Positions 1 to 11,349 of a DNA stretch of 64,000 nt are shown piece after piece. Numbering within the stretch: the first letter of the stretch is position 1; every line of letters starts with the position of its first letter. The DNA is taken from positions 1 through 64,000 of the forward strand of contig CAWAGQ010000004.1 of NCBI GenBank assembly GCA_963781585.1, in the 5' to 3' direction. The notes beneath the pieces were generated by a model. The model saw only the letters and a program-made list of their open reading frames with translations. It was not told the origin of the DNA and did not search any database. Both the position numbers and the translations under genes were made by a program. Source of the DNA: an uncultured Gemmatimonadaceae bacterium (GTDB taxonomy: Bacteria; Gemmatimonadota; Gemmatimonadetes; Gemmatimonadales; Gemmatimonadaceae).

Positions 1-354
1 GAGGTCGCTCACTCGGCGCGCCGTGGGTCCCCATCCGCTTTAGCGGGTGCACCCGGCGAGGGCGGATGGACACCGGCTCCTGCCAAAAGGAGCGCCTGGT
101 CCACCCGCGTTTTTCGTGGCGGCGCCACGCGGCGTCGATGCGAGAATGTCCGAAGCGGCGGTGGATGCGGAGCCCGTCGCTGGCGGTCGGACCCCAATTG
201 AGCGAACGCCGCAGTCGCCACGGGATCGCGGACGGACAATTGACAGCTGCACTCGCAGCGCGGGCCCGTGGGACGCCAGGCTCCGACCACATCGGCACCG
301 ATCCGGCTCGCGGCGCCTGACGGCGATTTTTTGGCGCACGACTCAACCAGACTC

Positions 355-2480
355 ATGCCACGTACAACACCGCTCGACCTGTATCGCAACATCGGCATCA
401 TGGCGCACATCGATGCCGGGAAGACGACTACGACCGAGCGCATTCTCTACTACACGGGCAAGTCGTACAAGATGGGGGAGGTCCATGACGGTGCCGCCAC
501 CATGGACTGGATGGAGCAGGAACAGGAGCGGGGCATCACCATCACGTCTGCGGCCACGACCTGCTTCTGGCGGCGGCATGGAACCGGTACTGAAAACGGA
601 AGCGGTCCGGAGTACCGCATCAACATCATCGACACGCCGGGTGGTACGTCGACTTCACGGTCGAAGTGGAGCGGTCGCTGCGGGTGCTGGACGGTGCGGT
701 GGCGTTGCTCGATTCGGTGGCCGGGGTGGAGCCGCAAACCGAAACAGTCTGGGACAAGGCCGATCGCTACCGGGTACCACGTCTGATCTTCACCAAGAAC
801 GATGGACCGGGTGGGTGCGAACTTCGACCGCTGCGTCGAGATGATTCGCGATCGACTCACGAAGAAGGCGTATCCCATTCAGCTTCCCGTCGGATCGGGC
901 GAGCTGTTCACGGGGCACATCGACATCATCGAGCGCAAGGAATACATCTTTCACGGCGAATCGCTCGGCAGGACATTCGACGTCGTCGAGGTCGCGCCGG
1001 TATTCCGGGACCGGATGGAGCAGGCGCGGCACGAGCTCATCGAAGCCGCGGTGGAGCACGACGAGGAGTTGCTGGACAAGTATCTCCACGGGGGCGAGCT
1101 GACGCCGGACGAGGTCCGCCGCGCCGTTCGTCGGGCGACCGTGGCGATGCAATTCGTGCCGGTGCTGTGCGGGGCCTCGTTCAAGAACAAGGGGGTCCAG
1201 GCACTGCTCGACGCGGTGATCGACTTCATGCCGGCACCGGTGGACGTGCCCGCCATCAACGGACACCTGCCACATCACGACGAGACGTTCGAAGAGCGTC
1301 CGGTGACCGACGACGCGCCCTTTGCGGCGCTGGCCTTCAAGATCGCCACCGACCCGTTCGTCGGAAAACTGACTTTCTTCCGCGTGTACTCGGGGGTGCT
1401 GAAGAGCGGGCTCTTACGTCTACAACTCCACCAAGGACAAGAGAGAACGGGTCGGGCGTCTGTTGCAGATGCATGCCAACAAGCGTGACGAGATCGGCGA
1501 GGTCCGCGCCGGTGATATCGCCGCCGCGATCGGGCTCAAGGACACGCGGACCGGCGATACACTGTGCGACGATGACCGTCCGATCATTCTGGAGGCGATG
1601 AAATTTCCCGCGCCCGTGATCGACGTCGCGATCGAGCCCGAAGACCAAGGCCGACCAGGACAAGCTGTCGATCGCGTTGAACAAGCTGGCCGAGGAAGAC
1701 CCGACGTTCCGTGTCCATACCGACGTGGAAACCGGCCAGACGATCATCTCGGGGATGGGCGAACTGCATCTGGAGATCATCGTCGATCGCATGCTGCGGG
1801 AGTTCAAGGTCGACGCAAACGTGGGCCGGCCGCAGGTGGCCTATCGCGAAACACTCCGCAAGCGGGTCGAAAAGGTGGAGGGGAAGTTCATCCGCCAGTC
1901 GGGCGGGCGAGGGCAGTACGGCCACGTGGTGATCAACGTCGAGCCGACCGAGTCGGGCCAGGGCTTTCATTTCGAGGACCGCGTGGTTGGCGGCTCGGTG
2001 CCCCGGGAGTACATCGGTCCGGTGGAGCAGGGGATCAAGGAGGCGCTGGAAAACGGCGTGCTGGCCGGCTATCCGATGGTGGATATCAGGGTGGAACTCA
2101 CCGACGGATCGTACCACGAGGTGGATTCGAGCGAGATGGCCTTCAAGATCGCCGGGTCGATGGCCTTCAAGGAGGCGGCGCGGCGCGCCGGTCCGGTGCT
2201 GCTCGAGCCGATGATGAAGGTGGAGATCATCAGTCCCGAGCCGTACACGGGCGACGTGCTCGGCGACCTGGCCGCACGCCGCGGGAGGATTGGCGGCATG
2301 ATGCAGCGCGGTGAAGCGCAGGTCATTGCCGCGACCGTGCCGTTGGCGGAGATGTTCGGGTACTCGACGCGTTTGCGGTCAATGACCCAGGGACGCGCGG
2401 TGTACTCGATCGAGGGTCGCATTACGAGGAAGTACCGAAGAGCAGGGCGGAAGAGATTGTAGGCGAGACGCAAGTCATAG
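355..2480 (+). CDS. fusA: Elongation factor G (frameshifted in this sequence)
   Basis: [42 protein letters not shown] and [10 protein letters not shown] are spread over ORFs 268..786, 666.., 802..1488, 1463.. and 1677..2462, with at least 5 frame changes; 3' end approximate. Confidence 0.97.
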
Positions 2481-2513
2481 GTTCGGGCGTTCACTCTCAC
2501 GGGATCTGTTCCA

Positions 2514-3715
2514 ATGGCAAAGGCAAAGTTCGAGCGGACGAAGCCGCACGTAAACGTCGGCACGATCGGTCACGTCGACCACGGCAAGACGACCCTCACA
2601 GCCGCGCTGACCAAGGTGTCGGCGGACAAGGGGTGGGGCACGAAATACGTCAGCTCGATGAAGTCGCCAAGGCCTCGGAGTCGCAGGGGCGGCGCGACTC
2701 GACCAAGATCCTCACGATCGCGACCTCGCACGTGGAGTACGAGACCGAGAAGCGACACTACGCGCACGTCGATTGCCCGGGTCACGCCGACTACGTGAAG
2801 AACATGATTACCGGGGCGGCGCAGATGGATGGCGCGATCCTCGTGGTGAGCGCCCTCGACGGCCCGATGCCGCAGACGCGGGAGCACATCCTGCTGGCCC
2901 GTCAGGTCAACGTGCCGTCGATCGTCGTCTTCCTCAACAAGTGCGACCTGGTCGACGATGCGGAACTGCTCGATCTGGTGGAACTCGAGGTGCGCGAGCT
3001 GCTCAACCAGTACCAGTTCCCGGGGGACGACACGCCAGTAGTCCGTGGCTCGGCGATGAAGGCGCTGCAGGGCGAGGCCGAGTGGGTGGCCAAGATCGAA
3101 GAGCTCGACGGCGCCATCGACTCCTTCATCCCCGAACCCAAGCGCGAGAGCGACAAGCCGTTCCTGATGCCGGTCGAAGACGTGTTCACGATCACCGGGC
3201 GCGGTACTGTTGCCACGGGGCGAATCGATCGCGGCAAGATCAAGGCGGGCGAGGAAGTGCAGCTCGTGGGCTTCGGCGCGGAAAAGAAGACGGTGGTCAC
3301 CGGGGTGGAGACGTTCCGGAAGGTGCTCGAGGAAGGGCAGGCGGGCGACGACGTCGGTCTGTTGCTGCGCGGCGTCGACAAGCAGGAAATCGAGCGCGGG
3401 ATGGTGCTGGCCAAGCCGGGTTCCATCACGCCGCACACGAAGTTCGACGCCGAGGTGTACGTCCTTACGAAGGAAGAGGGCGGAAGACACACACCGTTCT
3501 TCAACGGCTATCGTCCCCAGTTCTATTTCCGTACCACCGACGTGACGGGGTCGATTCAGCTCCCCGGGGGCACGGAAATGGTCATGCCGGGCGACAACAT
3601 CCAGATGCAGATCGAACTCATCTCGCCGATCGCGATGGAAGAGGGGCTGCGGTTCGCGATTCGTGAGGGGGGCCGGACGGTGGGCGCGGGCGTGGTCACG
3701 AAGATCCTGCTGTAG
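2514..3715 (+). CDS. tuf: Elongation factor Tu (one frameshift near 2650)
   Basis: [67 protein letters not shown]. Confidence 0.98.
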
Positions 3716-3775
3716 CGATGGGCGAATCAGGACAGACCAGGACGCTGTCTCCGTTCTCGTCTCGAGATATCGAGC

Positions 3776-4083
3776 ATGCCAGGAAGAATTCGAATTCGGT
3801 TCAAAGCCTTCGATCACGCGGTCATCGATCAGGCGGCCGCGGACATCGTGCGTACCGCGGAAAAGACGGGGGCGCAGTTTTCAGGGCCGATTCCGTTGCC
3901 GACGAAGACCCGACGGTGGACGGTGCTGCGTTCGCCGCACGTGGACAAGAAGTCGCGCGAGCAGTTCGAGCTGAAGACGCACAAGCGAGTCATCTACATT
4001 CTCGACTCGCGTGCGCGACGGTCGATGCGCTGACCAAGCTGGATCTGCCGGCCGGCGTGGACGTGGAGATCAAGGTCGAATGA
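3776..4083 (+). CDS. rpsJ: 30S ribosomal protein S10 (frameshift near 4015)
   Basis: [23 protein letters not shown]-terminal [12 protein letters not shown] in the adjacent frame. Confidence 0.96.
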
Positions 4084-4171
4084 GGGCGGGCCGCCGCGGA
4101 CGGCGCGCCGGTGAGGGACTGCGCTGCCCGAGCGGACCCGTACCCCCCGCGATGACCGCAGAGACGCGGAC

Positions 4172-4854
4172 ATGATTGGACTGATAGGCCGAAAGGTCGG
4201 GATGACGCAGATCTTCACCGAGCAGGGGCAGCAGGTGCCCTGCACGGTGGTGGAGGCCGCGCCAATCCGGTGATGAAGGTGCTCTCGGGCGAGCAGACGA
4301 AGCCGGGATACGTGGCCGTGGAACTCGGCTACGGCGCGCAGCGTCTCGCGCGCGCCTCGGAGAAGGGCGAGCGAACGCCACGAGGGCGTCGTGCGACGAA
4401 GGCGGCCATCGGACACGCCTCGCAGGCCGGGGTGGAGCCGCCGCCGCGCGTCGCGCGGGCGTTCCGACTCGATGACGCCCCGCCGGTAAGGAAGGGCCGC
4501 GTACAAGGCGGGGGACCACAGCGACGTGTCGATGTTTGCGTGGGTGAACACGTGAGGGTGACCGGCACGTCGAAGGGGCGCGGCTTCCAGGGGGTGGTGA
4601 AGCGGCACGGGTTCCGCGGGGGACCCAACACCCACGGGAACACGCGTCACCGGAAGCCGGGCTCCATCAGTCCGGGGACCGATCCGTCGCGCGTGATCAA
4701 GGGGAAGAAAATGCCGGGGCACGATGGCGCGGCGCGGCACACGCAGATCAATCTGCGGGTGGAAAAGGTCGATGCCGAGCGGAATCTCCTCTATTTCCGC
4801 GGGGCGGTGGCCGGTCCAACGAACGGTATCGTGATCGTGCGGAAGCAGGGACAA
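4172..4854 (+). CDS. rplC: 50S ribosomal protein L3 (frameshifted; expected stop reads CAA)
   Basis: [15 protein letters not shown] at 4172; [34 protein letters not shown]; end inferred from the rplD start. Confidence 0.94.
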
Positions 4855-4858
4855 GCCG

Positions 4859-5709
4859 ATGGCCGAGCCGAAAACGTTCGGGCCAGCGCGTTCACGTCGG
4901 TAGGCACGGCTCGCGAAGCGTCGCCTGCCCGCCACGGTGTTCGACGGCACGGTCAACGTGCCGGTGATGCACCGGGCGGTAAAAGCGTATCTCACCAATC
5001 AGCGCGAGGGGAACGCGTCCACAAAAACGCGCGGCTTCGTGATCGGTGGCAACCAGAAGCCCTGGCGACAGAAGGGCACGGGACGGGCCCGCCAGGGGTC
5101 CATCCGGTCGCCGCTCTGGCCCGGGGGCGGTACGGTCTTCGGCCCGTTGCCGAAAGACTATGACGAACGGATCCCGCGGAAGATGCGCGCGCTGGCGCGG
5201 AAGAGCGCGCTCAACGCCCGTGCCCGGGAAGAGGCGATTTTCGTGATCGACCGGTTCACCTACGAGGCGCCGCGTACCCGGACCCTCGTGTCGCTGCTCG
5301 ACCGGCTCGGTGTGGCGGGGCAGAAGGCGCTGGTGCTCACGGACGGCCTGAACGCCACCGTGTATCTGAGCGGTCGGAACCTGCCTAACGTGCAGGTGAT
5401 GCCGTACGCCGAGGCTTCCACGTACCACGTGCTGTGGTCCGACGTGGTGCTCATCGAGAGCAGCGCGCTGGGATACGCCCTGGAGCCCGTGGCCGAAAAG
5501 GACGCTTCCGGCGCGCAAGGAAAGGCGGCGGCTGCACCCGCCGAGGCGCCCGCGGCGAAGAAGAAAAAGAAGAGCGCCGGCCGGCGCCGCGAAAAAGGCG
5601 GCCGCGAAGCCGGCCGCCAGGAGCCGTTCCGCGAAGCCGGCCGCGCGGAAGACCGCGTCGAAACCGGAAGGCGCGCAAGCCCGCGCCCAAGAAGAAGAAG
5701 GGGAAGTAA
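4859..5709 (+). CDS. rplD: 50S ribosomal protein L4 with Lys/Ala-rich C-terminal tail (frameshifted)
   Basis: KPWRQKGTGRARQGSIRSPLWPGGG, SGRNLPNV; tail ends PKKKKGK*. Confidence 0.94.
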
Positions 5710-5712
5710 TCC

Positions 5713-5999
5713 ATGGCGACCTTGCATCGCACCATCGTGCGCCCCTCGTCACCGAACAGACCTCCGCCTCGTACCAGGGGCGCGGTGAGTACACGTTCGA
5801 GGTGGCGTCCGACGCATCGAAGCCGGCAATCCGCCAGGCCATCGAGGCGCTGTTTGGCGTGAAAGTGACGAGGTATGGACGATGAACGTGCGGGGAAAGA
5901 CGCGGCGGGTGGGACGGGGCGCCGGGACGCCGGCCGCACTGGAAAAAGGCGATCGTGACGCTCCGCGAGGGCGACAAGATCGAGATCTTCGAGGGCTGA
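5713..5999 (+). CDS. rplW: 50S ribosomal protein L23 (frameshifted, absent from ORF track)
   Basis: Read directly: [60 protein letters not shown]; canonical position between rplD and rplB. Confidence 0.9.
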
Positions 6000-6005
6000 C
6001 GCAGA

Positions 6006-6844
6006 ATGGGAATTCGACAATTCAAGCCGATCACCAAGGGGACGCGGTTCCGCTCGGTGTCCGATTTCGCCGAGATCACGCGGAGCACGCCCGAGAAATC
6101 GCTGGTGGAACCGCTGCACAAGTCCGGCGGCCGCGACAACCACGGGCATATCGCCGTGCGGCGTCGTGGCGGAGGGCACAAGCGGAAATACCGGCGCATC
6201 GATTTCCGGCGCGACAAGTTCGGTATGGTCGCGACCGTGCGGGAGATCGAGTACGATCCCAACCGTTCGGCGCGGATCGCGCTCGTGGAATACGCCGATG
6301 GCGAGCGTCGCTACATTCTGCATCCCAAGGGGCTCTCGGTCGGCGACTCCGTCGTCTCCGGTCCGGGCGCCGACATCCGGCTGGGGAACACCGTGCCGCT
6401 GCGTGAGGTGCCGTTAGGCACGTTCGTGCACAACATCGAGCTCGTGCCGGGACGCGGCGGGCAGATGGCGCGCGCCGCGGGGATGTCCGCCGAGGTCATC
6501 GCGCGCGAGGGGGATCATGTCACGCTCCGCATGGGCTCCAGCGAGATGCGCCGCGTGAACCAGCGCTGCCTGGCGACCATCGGCGTGGTGGGGAACGCGG
6601 AACACGAACTCCTGTCATGGGGCAAGGCGGGCAAGTCGCGCTGGCTCGGCCGCCGGCCGAAGGTGCGGGGCGAAGTGATGAACCCGGTGGATCATCCGCA
6701 CGGCGGCCGCACACGGGCGGCCGCAACGTGGTGAGCCCGTGGGGCAAGCCGGAAGGCGTGAAGACGAGGAATCTCAAGAAGCCGTCGCAGAAGCTCATGG
6801 TGCGCGGCCGGAAGCGCGGGAAAGCGACGGTGAGCGGATTCTAG
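6006..6844 (+). CDS. rplB: 50S ribosomal protein L2 (frameshift near 6715)
   Basis: [56 protein letters not shown]. Confidence 0.97.
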
Positions 6845-6945
6845 CGGAACCGTCGCGCGGGTCCGGGTGGCGCGGCCTGTCCGGCCGGCGCCCGGGCACG
6901 CGGGTTGCCGCATGAGGCGGGAATTTCAAGGGTGACGATCTGATC

Positions 6946-7298
6946 ATGGCACGTTCAGTCAAAAAGGGCCATTCGTGCAGGAGAGCCTGCTGAAGCGGGT
7001 GCAGGGCATGAACGCGCGCAACGAAAAGCGCGTGGTCAAGACCTGGTCGCGCGCCAGCACGGTGCTCCCCGATTTCGTGGGACACACCTTCGCGGTGCAT
7101 AACGGGAACAAGTTCATCCCGGTGTATGTCACCGAGAACATGGTGGGTCACAAGCTGGGCGAGTTTGCGCCCACGCGGCTCTTCCGGGGACATTCGGGCA
7201 ACCGGTCCATGGACAAGCGAGCGCCGGCACCGGCAGGCGCCGCGCCGGTTGCCGCGCCCGCCGCCGCTCCCGCGCCCGGTGCGCGAGGAGGGCGGTAA
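6946..7298 (+). CDS. rpsS: 30S ribosomal protein S19 with Ala/Pro C-terminal tail (frameshift in A-run ~6961)
   Basis: [42 protein letters not shown]. Confidence 0.96.
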
Positions 7299-7301
7299 CA
7301 C

Positions 7302-7664
7302 ATGGCCACCGAAGCCCGTGCGCTGCAACGCACCACGCGCCAGTCGCCCTACAAGATGCGGCTGGTCATCGATCAGATCCGGGGCAAGGACGTCAATGAG
7401 GCCCTGGCGCTGCTCAAGTTCTCCAAGAAGCACGCCGCGATGCAGATCGCGAAGGTGCTGCAGTCCGCCGTGGCAAATGCCGAGCGGCAGGCGCGCGACG
7501 CCAGCGAGCCGCTGGACGTCGACACGCTGTTCGTGAAGCACGCGGTGATCAACGAGGGACCGAAGCTGAAGCGCTTCATGCCGGCCGCCATGGGGCGCGC
7601 CACGCCGATTCACAAGCGGACCAGCCACGTCGAGATCATCGTGGCCGAGAGGGAAGGACGCTAA
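7302..7664 (+). CDS. rplV: 50S ribosomal protein L22
   Basis: [32 protein letters not shown]. Confidence 0.97.
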   Translation: MATEARALQRTTRQSPYKMRLVIDQIRGKDVNEALALLKFSKKHAAMQIAKVLQSAVANAERQARDASEPLDVDTLFVKHAVINEGPKLKRFMPAAMGRATPIHKRTSHVEIIVAEREGR

Positions 7665-8322
7665 TGGGACAGAAGACCAATCCGATCGGATTCCGCCTGG
7701 GCATCACGAAGCAGTGGCGCTCGCGCTGGTTCGCCCGCCACGACTATCCGCAGCTGGTCCGCGAAGACGACCTGTTGCGCAAATACCTGAAGACGCGGCT
7801 GGGCCACGCGGCGATCTCCGATATCCATATCGAGCGCAAGCCCGGGAAGGTCGTGGTGACGATTCACACGGGCCGTCCCGGTGTGGTCATCGGCAAGAAG
7901 GGCGCGGAAGTGGACAAGCTGCGCGATGAACTGGCGCAGCTCACCGGCAAGGAAGTGGGCATCAATGTCGAGGAGATCAAGCGTCCGGAACTCGATTCGC
8001 AGCTCGTGGCGGACAATGTGGCGAATCAGCTCTCGCAGCGCATTTCCTTCCGGCGCGCGATGAAGCGCGCCGTGCAGAGCGCGATGCGCATGGGCGCCCA
8101 GGGCATCAAGATCAAGTGCGGCGGGCGGCTGGGCGGCGCGGAAATCGCGCGCGTGGAAGGCTATCACGAAGGTCGCGTGCCGCTGCATACGCTGCGCGCC
8201 GACATCGACTACGCCACCTCCACCGCGAAGACGACGTTCGGCACCATCGGAGTGAAGGTGTGGATCTTCCGCGGCGAGGTCGTGGAGGATCGCAGAGGCA
8301 AAACGTACAGACGGGGTCGTGA
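7664..8322 (+). CDS. rpsC: 30S ribosomal protein S3 (natural stop probably 8320-8322, bypassed by a frameshift)
   Basis: [53 protein letters not shown]. Confidence 0.96.
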
Positions 8323-8323
8323 A

Positions 8324-8401
8324 GGCAGATGGCAGACGGGCGGCGCGCGCGTCGGCACGGTCCATCGCTGCGGCGGTCCACCATCCACTGTCCACCGTCT
8401 A
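8324..8401. repeat. Inverted heptamer array in rpsC-rplP spacer
   Basis: ggcagat-ggcagac-gg facing cggtcca-ccatcca-ctgtcca-ccgtcta (8374-8401). Confidence 0.6.
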
Positions 8402-8413
8402 TTTGACTTCCCA

Positions 8414-8842
8414 ATGCTGAGTCCCAAACGAGTCAAGTTCCGGAAGATGTTCAAAGGCCGCATGAAGGGGATCGCGTCGCGAGGCGCGGAGATCTCCTTC
8501 GGGCACTACGGGCTGCAGGCGCTCGAGCCGGGGTGGATTTCCAACCGGCAGATCGAGGCCGCGCGCGTGGCGCTCACGCGGCACATCAAGCGGGGCGGGA
8601 AGGTGTGGATCCGGATTTTCCCCGACAAACCCATCACGAAGAAGCCGGCCGAGACGCGTATGGGGAAGGGCAAGGGCTCACCCGAGGGGTGGGTGGCCGT
8701 GGTGAAACCGGGGCGCATCCTCTTTGAGCTGGAAGGCGTGACGCGCGACATCGCGGAGAAGGCGATGGCGCTCGCGGCGGCGAAGATTTCCGTGCGGTCG
8801 CGATTCATCGCGCGCGAGGAGGCACGTACCAATGCTGGCTGA
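8414..8842 (+). CDS. rplP: 50S ribosomal protein L16
   Basis: [41 protein letters not shown]. Confidence 0.97.
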   Translation: MLSPKRVKFRKMFKGRMKGIASRGAEISFGHYGLQALEPGWISNRQIEAARVALTRHIKRGGKVWIRIFPDKPITKKPAETRMGKGKGSPEGWVAVVKPGRILFELEGVTRDIAEKAMALAAAKISVRSRFIAREEARTNAG

Positions 8843-9035
8843 GGAAATGCGCGAGATGACGGACGAGGATCTCCGCGCGCGGGTGGCGGAGTTGGAAGAA
8901 GAACGGTTCCGGCTCCGGTTCCGGAGCGCTACCGAACCGCTCGAGTCGCCGTTGCGACTGCGGGTGATCCGGCGGGACATCGCGCGGCTCAGGACGGTGC
9001 TGCGTGAGCGCGCACTGCAGGCATCCCAGCGCTAG
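8832..9035 (+). CDS. rpmC: 50S ribosomal protein L29
   Basis: [25 protein letters not shown]; operon position. Confidence 0.93.
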   Translation: MLAEEMREMTDEDLRARVAELEEERFRLRFRSATEPLESPLRLRVIRRDIARLRTVLRERALQASQR

Positions 9036-9051
9036 AGGAGCGGCGGCACAC

Positions 9052-9336
9052 ATGGCGGATACGACGAACAACTCGCAGTCCACTTCGCGCGGGGCGCGCA
9101 AAGTGCGCACAGGCGTGGTGGTGAGCGACAAGATGCAGAAGACGGTGGTGGTGCGCATCGACCGGCGGGTCGCGCACGCGCGATACGGCAAGATGGTGAC
9201 GCGCAGCGGCACGGTGAAAGCGCACGACGAAGCAAACGCCGCGAAGACCGGCGACAAGGTCCGCATCATGGAGACGCGACCGCTTTCGAAGGACAAGCGG
9301 TGGCGCGTCGTCGAGATCGTCGAACGGGCGCAGTAG
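9052..9336 (+). CDS. rpsQ: 30S ribosomal protein S17
   Basis: [44 protein letters not shown] upstream. Confidence 0.96.
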   Translation: MADTTNNSQSTSRGARKVRTGVVVSDKMQKTVVVRIDRRVAHARYGKMVTRSGTVKAHDEANAAKTGDKVRIMETRPLSKDKRWRVVEIVERAQ

Positions 9337-9348
9337 GGAGACGGCGCA

Positions 9349-9717
9349 ATGATCCAGCAGGAATCGATAGTCAAGGTGGCGGACAATTCGGGCGCCAAAC
9401 GCGCGCTCGTGATCCGCGTGCTCGGTGGTTCGAGACGCCGGTACGCCGGTCTCGGTGATCAGGTCATCGTGGCCGTCAAGGACGCGCTGCCCAACGGCAC
9501 GGTGAAGAAGTCCGAGGTGGCGCGCGCCGTCGTGGTGCGCACGGCCAAGGAGACCCGCCGAAAGGACGGTAGCTACATCCGCTTCGATGAGAACGCGGTG
9601 GTCATCATCAACGAACAGGGCGAACCCAAGGCGACGCGCATCTTCGGTCCCGTGGCGCGCGAACTCCGCGAGAAGAAGTACATGAAGATCGTGTCCCTGG
9701 CGCCGGAGGTCTTGTAG
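9349..9717 (+). CDS. rplN: 50S ribosomal protein L14
   Basis: [42 protein letters not shown]. Confidence 0.98.
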   Translation: MIQQESIVKVADNSGAKRALVIRVLGGSRRRYAGLGDQVIVAVKDALPNGTVKKSEVARAVVVRTAKETRRKDGSYIRFDENAVVIINEQGEPKATRIFGPVARELREKKYMKIVSLAPEVL

Positions 9718-9718
9718 C

Positions 9719-10117
9719 ATGCGCGTGCTGAAACACCGCCGCTCCGAGCGGGCGAGCTATGCCAGCCGTCACGAGCGCAACGCCGAACGCGTGCGGCAAC
9801 CCATCACAAAGGGCGACACCGTGCGCATCATGCGGGGCGAAGACAAGGGCAAGGAAGGGAAGGTGCTCCATGTCTACCCCAAGTCGGGGCGGGTCACCGT
9901 GGAAGGCGTGAACATCGTGAAGCGCCATCGCAAGGCGCGCCGCGCGGAAGAAGAGAGCGCCATCATCGACATGCCCGCGCCGGTCCACCATTCGAACGTC
10001 ATGCTGCTCGATCCCAAGAGCGGTGCGCCGACGCGCGTGCGCCGCCGCATCGACTCCGACGGGACCAAGGAGCGCATCAGTGCCAAGAGCGGTGACGCGA
10101 TTCCGCGGACCCGCTGA
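9719..10117 (+). CDS. rplX: 50S ribosomal protein L24 with basic N-terminal extension
   Basis: KGDTVRIMRGEDKGKEGKV (KOW), VEGVNIVKRH, SNVMLLDP. Confidence 0.95.
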   Translation: MRVLKHRRSERASYASRHERNAERVRQPITKGDTVRIMRGEDKGKEGKVLHVYPKSGRVTVEGVNIVKRHRKARRAEEESAIIDMPAPVHHSNVMLLDPKSGAPTRVRRRIDSDGTKERISAKSGDAIPRTR

Positions 10118-10134
10118 GCGAGGCCGAGAGGACC

Positions 10135-10860
10135 ATGGCTGAAAAGGAAGAGAAAGAGAAGAAGAAGGCGCCAGGCGCGAAGGGCGGAGCGCCGAAGGGC
10201 GGGCCGCAAGGGTGGGAGCGGCCGCGCGCGGGGCGATGGCGAGCGAAAGTCGATGCTCGGCAAGGGGCCGCATCCGGGTCGCGATCTCCCGGTGCCGCCG
10301 CCGCGCCTGCGCGAGCTCTATCGCACGTCGGTGCGGCCCAAACTGATGGAACAGTTTTCCTTCACCAACGCCCACGAGATCCCGGGGCTCGAGAAGATCG
10401 TGATCAACGTGGGACTCGGTGAAGCCATCAAGCAGCCCAAGATGCTCGACTCCGTGGTCGATGAGCTCGCGATCATCACCGGGCAGCGACCCGTGCGCCG
10501 CCGCGCGAAGAAGTCGATTTCCAACTTCGGGCTCCGCCAGGGCCAGGAGATCGGCGCCGCCGTGACGCTGCGTGGCGCACGGATGTGGGAGTTTCTCGAT
10601 CGCTTCATCAATGCGACCGTGCCGCGCATCCGCGACTTCCGCGGGCTCAGCACGCGCTCGTTCGACGGGCGCGGCAACTACTCCGTGGGCATCCGCGAGC
10701 AGACGATCTTCCCGGAAATCAACTACGACCTGATCGATCAGGTGCACGGCATGGACGTCACGATCGTCACCTCCGCGTCGCGCGACGATCAGGCGCTCGC
10801 CCTCTTCCGGGAGCTCGGCATGCCCTTCCGAGGCGAAGAGCGCGTGAAGGGGAAACGCGT
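10135..10860 (+). CDS. rplE: 50S ribosomal protein L5 with N-terminal extension (frameshifted; 3' end approximate)
   Basis: [49 protein letters not shown]. Confidence 0.95.
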
Positions 10861-10889
10861 ATTCGGCCTGTCGACCCGGCGCCGCGCCG

Positions 10890-10917
10890 CTGTCCACCAG
10901 CGACCATCCACCGTCGC
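10890..10917. repeat. Heptamer array in rplE-rpsN spacer
   Basis: ctgtcca-ccagcga-ccatcca-ccgtcgc; same unit family as 8374-8401. Confidence 0.5.
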
Positions 10918-10924
10918 AAGAGTC

Positions 10925-11230
10925 ATGGCCAAGACATCCGCAATCATGCGCAACGAACGGCGGAAGAAACTGGTGGCGAAGTATGCCACCCGCCGTCGCG
11001 AGCTCGTGACGACCATCAAGAACCCGAGGACCACTCCCGAGGAACGCGCCGAGGCGTACCGCCGGTTGCGCAAGCTGCCGCGCAATTCCGCGAGGATCCG
11101 CATCCGCAACCGCTGCTCCATGAGCGGCAGGCCGCGTGGATTCGAAGGCTACTTCGGGCTCTCGCGCATCGCCCTGCGCGACATGGCCCTGAACGGCCTG
11201 CTGCCTGGGGTGCGCAAGGCCTCATGGTAG
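10925..11230 (+). CDS. rpsN: 30S ribosomal protein S14, 101-aa Zn-independent type
   Basis: [32 protein letters not shown]; only one Cys. Confidence 0.96.
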   Translation: MAKTSAIMRNERRKKLVAKYATRRRELVTTIKNPRTTPEERAEAYRRLRKLPRNSARIRIRNRCSMSGRPRGFEGYFGLSRIALRDMALNGLLPGVRKASW

Positions 11231-11349
11231 CCCCGTACCGCCACCCTGGAGCCCGTACCCATCGCGGCCGGCCCGGATTGCCGTGTTCCGTTGACTTACG
11301 GACTCGCTTCCTCCACGTCCATCCGGAAACGAGAGGAGCGAAATTCCGC

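Noticed and set aside
240..270. TTGACA as a fusA promoter
   Set aside because: No -10-like hexamer at a suitable spacing
355..2480. Programmed frameshifting in fusA and r-protein genes
   Set aside because: Too many shifts, no consistent slippery sites, and accompanied by substitutions at invariant residues
7664..8842. Apparent S3-L16 fusion ORF (392 aa)
   Set aside because: An off-frame TGA at 8320 fits the normal S3 end, the linker is repeat-containing spacer DNA, and the region is error-rich
10253..11230. Apparent L5-S14 fusion ORF
   Set aside because: The linker is spacer-like with heptamer repeats and S14 has its own ATG at 10925; a lost stop is the simpler explanation
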